DNA of 41,982 nt, from the NCBI GenBank assembly GCA_050287845.1, contig JBNKCR010000043.1, positions 1 through 41,982 on the forward strand. Direction: 5' to 3'. This DNA comes from Polyangia bacterium (lineage in GTDB: Bacteria > Myxococcota_A > Polyangia > JAAYKL01). Below are positions 38,203 to 41,982 of the stretch, in pieces. Every line of letters starts with the position of its first letter. The stretch's first letter is position 1. Under the pieces are notes generated by a model. That model was not told the DNA's origin, did not search any database, and saw only the letters and a program-made list of their open reading frames with translations. Both the position numbers and the translations under genes were made by a program.

Positions 38203-39195
38203 ATGAATCAGAAACAGAAACAGCTTCAGCAGGAGTACACGGGCCGGATTAACCGGGCAATGGATTATATTCAACAACATTTGACAGAGGAACTTACTCT
38301 GGAGGCAGTGGCTCATGCCGCCGGATTTTCGAAGTTTCATTTTCACCGGATTTTCAGCGCCTGCGTTGGGGAGACCCTCAATCATTTCGTGAAACGGGTT
38401 CGGGTGGAGCGGGCAGCCTGGCAGCTGAGTGGCAATCCGGTGAAGCCCGTGACCGACATCGCGCTGGATTGCGGTTTCTCCGGTTCGGCGTCGTTTGCCC
38501 GGGCGTTCCGGGAAGTCATGGGGGTCACCGCCAGTGAGTGGCGGAGCGGCGCGGCGCAACGCAAGGATGGCAAACTGAAAAGCAAGAATTGCAAAACAGA
38601 TGGCAAGGCTCGGCAAGAATTTGAACTCGCCATGGGGGAAGATGGTTGGCAGTCAACAACCCCAACATGGAGGATTCAAATGAAAAACAACAATAGCCAA
38701 TCCATCGCGCTGGACGCAGAAATCGAAGTCAGAGATATGCCTGATTTTCCGGTGGTGTACATACGGCACGTGGGCCCATACCAGGGTGACGCCGCGCTCT
38801 TCGGTCGCCTCATCGGCAAACTTTGTGACTGGGCCGGGCCAAGGGCACTGCTGGGACCGGATAGCCGAATGCTGATGGTGTATCACGATGACCCCAATAT
38901 TACCAACGATGACCGGTTGCGCGTGGATGTATGCCTGACCGTTACAGGCGAGGTGGAAGTGAATGGCGACATTGGTAAAGCAACCATTCCCGGAGGTAAA
39001 TTCGCAGTGGGGCATTTTGAGATTTTTCAGGAACAGTACGGGGAGGCGTGGGATGCGGTCATGGGGGGATTCCTACCGAAGAGCGGGTTTCAGCCGGACG
39101 ACCGTCTGTGTTATGAAATGTGTCTCAACGATCCGTCAACCCACCCGGAGAAAAAGCATATCGTGGATATTTGCGTCCCCGTCAAGCCGCTGTAG
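38203..39195 (+). CDS. AraC-family regulator with GyrI-like effector domain
   Basis: RINRAMDYI, FSKFHFHRIF, IALDCGFS, YIRHVGPY, YHDDPNIT and DICVPVKPL. Confidence 0.93.
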   Translation: MNQKQKQLQQEYTGRINRAMDYIQQHLTEELTLEAVAHAAGFSKFHFHRIFSACVGETLNHFVKRVRVERAAWQLSGNPVKPVTDIALDCGFSGSASFARAFREVMGVTASEWRSGAAQRKDGKLKSKNCKTDGKARQEFELAMGEDGWQSTTPTWRIQMKNNNSQSIALDAEIEVRDMPDFPVVYIRHVGPYQGDAALFGRLIGKLCDWAGPRALLGPDSRMLMVYHDDPNITNDDRLRVDVCLTVTGEVEVNGDIGKATIPGGKFAVGHFEIFQEQYGEAWDAVMGGFLPKSGFQPDDRLCYEMCLNDPSTHPEKKHIVDICVPVKPL

Positions 39196-39385
39196 TGCCC
39201 GGCAATGAGGATGCATCTGTTGTCATTTTTGTTCCCGGGAGGATGCCAGATTGTCAATCTGTCAATTTCCCACCTGAGTAGCAGTATTCACGCGGAGGAT
39301 CATTCTCGCTGCTGACGAAGAGGAACTGCATCCGTCATTGGCTCCCCGTCTGTTCATTCCGTTCCGGGACATTGTGTTTTGTCCC

Positions 39386-39402
39386 CTGGCACAGGCTTTG
39401 CT
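39386..39402 (+). promoter_or_regulatory. Sigma54 (-24/-12) promoter
   Basis: CTGGCACAGGCTTTGCT matches TGGCAC-N5-TTGCW, about 55 bp upstream of the TBDR start. Confidence 0.75.
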
Positions 39403-39455
39403 TTTTTTGTATTGTAAAATTGAAATTCGACATTCGGAAAGGCAGTCATTCTGTG

Positions 39456-41540
39456 ATGACAGGTGGAATCGGATTGTATGACTCAAGTTTTATCACGGTG
39501 ATTCGGGGCATTCTGGTATTCGCGGTACTCAGTGTATTCTGTTCTGGCGCTATGGGACAGGAGGGCGGGGAACCCGGCGATGCGGGGGCGGCGGCGGTAC
39601 ACCACGATGATTCGGCGGACGCGCTGGGTGATGCTGATTTGGAAGCGTTCGTATACGATGGGACCGACGAGTACAAAACCGTGATCACAGCGCCTTCGGT
39701 GAAGCCGGAGCCTGTTAAATATCATATCGACACGGAGATGCTTTCAACCATGCCGGGTACAGCCGGAGACGCTCTTAAAGCAGTACATGCGTTACCGGGA
39801 GTGGGACAATCCTTCAATGGCGAAGGGCCTCTGATTGTCCGTGGAAGCAGACCGGCCGATACCCGTTATTTCCTGAATCACTTATCTCTGCCTGTGGTTT
39901 TTCATATGGACAGTGCGAACACGTTGGTGGTGAGTTCGCGCCTGCTGGAGAGTGTGGATTTTTATCCGGGAAATTTCTCCGTTCGATTTGGCGATGCCAT
40001 GGGCGGTATTATCAATTTTGTTCCCCGGGCGGGGGATGCCACGCGGTACACCGCAGGACTGGATGCCAATTCAAGACATGCGGGTTTTTATATGGAGGCG
40101 CCTCTCGGCGAAAACGGGTCGTGGACCGCAGCTGCGCGACACAGCTACAGTGCCTTTGATGATGTCTACCGTTCGGCCTTTCAGTCGGACGACTATCCGG
40201 TTGAAACCGATTACCGGTTTTACGATTACCAGGGCGTTGTCCAATATGGGAAATCTGCCCGGAATCGGTTAAATGTCTATGTTCTGGGGTCCGACGATGA
40301 TCGGACGATTGTCCTGCACAGTCGGGCAACCGGCGAAACAATTAAAAAAAATAAAGGCGTGGGGTTTCACCGGGTCCAGCTGGAGTGGTCGCGCGATGTG
40401 GGGAAGCACGCTACAGATGAACTGGCGCTGGCGGTGGAATATCAACGGACCGAGCCGGAACTGATGACATACGAACGGTTTATTCTGAAAGCGGTCCCGT
40501 TGTATCTGCGCAATGAACTGACGCTGCATCCGGATGAACGGATGGATATACGGTTGGGGCTGGTGTCCATGCAGGGATACGCCTGGTGGGATGTGATGGA
40601 GTTCTCAGGCGAGGGTTACACCGGTTCAACCCCGTTCGTGTTTCCGGCGGCATATGCGGAAACAACGCTGTATCCATTTGACGACTTCAGTGCAGTGAGT
40701 GGCCTTCGGGTGAGTCTCGCGCCCCGGATAATGCGGATTGCCGTGGATCCCAGATTCGCGGTTCAATACCACTTTGGTTCCCGAACAACTTTCAGGGCCG
40801 GATTCGGCGTCTTCCATCAGCCGCCTTCAAACGAGGAACAGGACGCGGACTATGGAAACGAAAATCTGAAGATGAGTCGGGCCATTCACTATGGTGTTGG
40901 CTTCGAACATCAATTGAGTCGCCGCCTCGAGGTGAACTTGGAGGGGTTTTATCGCGTGCTGACCGATCTGGTTGTACCCGGTGACAATACAGACAGGACG
41001 GGGGAATGGGAAAATTTCAACAACGATGGTCGAGCGAAAGTGCTGGGTGCTGAAATGATGCTTCGACACAGACCATCCTCCCATTTCTCCGGATGGCTTT
41101 CGTACACGCTGATGAAAGCAACTGGCCAGGATCACAATGAAAATGTGCACCCGACCGAAGGCGATCAGCGTCACGTGCTCACGGCGGTTGCGAGTTGGAA
41201 GTTGCCGCGGGGATGGGTCATTGGCACAAAGTTTCAGCTGGCAAGCGGCAGACCATACACGCCAGTCGTGGGGAGGGAGTGGCGAGAAGAATACGGGGCA
41301 TACCTTCCTCTGTATGGGGAGAAAAATTCAGCGACCATGCCTCTTTTTCATCAGCTGGACATCAGGGGCGAGAAGAAATTCTCCATTCAGCGATTAGCGT
41401 GCAGTGTGTATCTGGATTTGGAGAACGTTTACAATCAGCGGACCCCGCAGTTTTACTATTACTTCTCCGATTCCACCAGACGATACGCATACTCCCCCAA
41501 TCACTTTTACCCCAATCTGGGTCTGACTGCCGCCTGGTAA
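39456..41540 (+). CDS. TonB-dependent receptor
   Basis: Plug motifs PGTAGDALKAVHALPGV, LIVRGS and DFYPGNFSVRFGDAMGG; GWLSYTL, DQRH, FHQLDIR and YLDLENVYN; start uncertain. Confidence 0.9.
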   Translation: MTGGIGLYDSSFITVIRGILVFAVLSVFCSGAMGQEGGEPGDAGAAAVHHDDSADALGDADLEAFVYDGTDEYKTVITAPSVKPEPVKYHIDTEMLSTMPGTAGDALKAVHALPGVGQSFNGEGPLIVRGSRPADTRYFLNHLSLPVVFHMDSANTLVVSSRLLESVDFYPGNFSVRFGDAMGGIINFVPRAGDATRYTAGLDANSRHAGFYMEAPLGENGSWTAAARHSYSAFDDVYRSAFQSDDYPVETDYRFYDYQGVVQYGKSARNRLNVYVLGSDDDRTIVLHSRATGETIKKNKGVGFHRVQLEWSRDVGKHATDELALAVEYQRTEPELMTYERFILKAVPLYLRNELTLHPDERMDIRLGLVSMQGYAWWDVMEFSGEGYTGSTPFVFPAAYAETTLYPFDDFSAVSGLRVSLAPRIMRIAVDPRFAVQYHFGSRTTFRAGFGVFHQPPSNEEQDADYGNENLKMSRAIHYGVGFEHQLSRRLEVNLEGFYRVLTDLVVPGDNTDRTGEWENFNNDGRAKVLGAEMMLRHRPSSHFSGWLSYTLMKATGQDHNENVHPTEGDQRHVLTAVASWKLPRGWVIGTKFQLASGRPYTPVVGREWREEYGAYLPLYGEKNSATMPLFHQLDIRGEKKFSIQRLACSVYLDLENVYNQRTPQFYYYFSDSTRRYAYSPNHFYPNLGLTAAW

Positions 41541-41735
41541 CGCGGTTCAGACCGAAAGTAAACTCCAGACATACCTGTCGAGCTATTCGGATTCATTCCC
41601 CGGTCAACAGGTCGATACTGTATTGGGTTATCGGGTCAGTATCTACATTAATCTGCTCGCTGATGGTGAAAGGGTATTGCATATTGCAGGTGCTGACGGT
41701 CATGGTTTCGTCCGGGTTGAGGCGAAGCAGCTCGC

Positions 41736-41817
41736 CCCAGAATCAATGGCCCAGAATCAATGGCCCAGAATCAATGGCCCAGAATCAATGGCCAGAATCA
41801 ATGGCCAGAATCAATGG
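41736..41817 (+). repeat. Non-coding tandem repeat (C)CCAGAATCAATGG x6 (four 14-bp and two 13-bp units)
   Basis: Directly visible; runs into CTCAGAGTGATTATTCT. Confidence 0.95.
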
Positions 41818-41982
41818 CTCAGAGTGATTATTCTCCCATGAAGTCGGATGGATAACGACCGCAGACAATTCAGTGATTCTGTTGAGGAACGCATAGGATA
41901 CTCAGGTTCGTTCATAGGTATGCCACTATTAAACCATCTTAAACTCAGTTCAGTCTATTGGGCAGACCGAGTAATCGTATGG

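Noticed and set aside
41195..41841. ORFs running through the terminal tandem repeat; CRISPR interpretation of that repeat
   Set aside because: Mixed 13/14-bp units break the reading frame, there are no spacers, and no recognisable protein

Overview
Gene-dense ~42 kb chromosomal window. Several features suggest a Myxococcota/deltaproteobacterial lineage (inference): a MYXO-CTERM-like tail, Cys-rich acidic lipoproteins, a PilZ-REC-DUF4388 regulator, an ECF sigma/FecR-TPR locus and a fused HisHF. Left to right it encodes a trypsin-like protease, a truncated SAM-methyltransferase plus hybrid histidine kinase, an ECF/FecR module with a divergent lipoprotein, and a GT87. Next is a molybdate locus (modA, truncated second modA, porin, short ModE), then GH15 and three surface proteins with Asp/Glu-Ser/Thr repeat stalks (beta-propeller-like, DUF6055-like, GH9). 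After these come AraC regulators, a three-gene cassette ending in a nitrogenase-associated ArsC-like gene, a POT transporter, a second GH9, HisHF and a sigma54-preceded TonB-dependent receptor. I saw no rRNA, tRNA, CRISPR array or transposase. The best non-obvious signal is three copies of a CGTT(A/G)T-N11-ATAACG palindrome, which place a porin in a putative Mo/W regulon. Other highlights are a candidate ~90-nt sRNA with its own promoter and terminator, back-to-back ECF promoters, palindromic repeats read in frame inside FecR, a GH9 with DAGN instead of DAGD, and REP-like or tandem repeats. All family assignments come from motif recognition by eye, not database searches.
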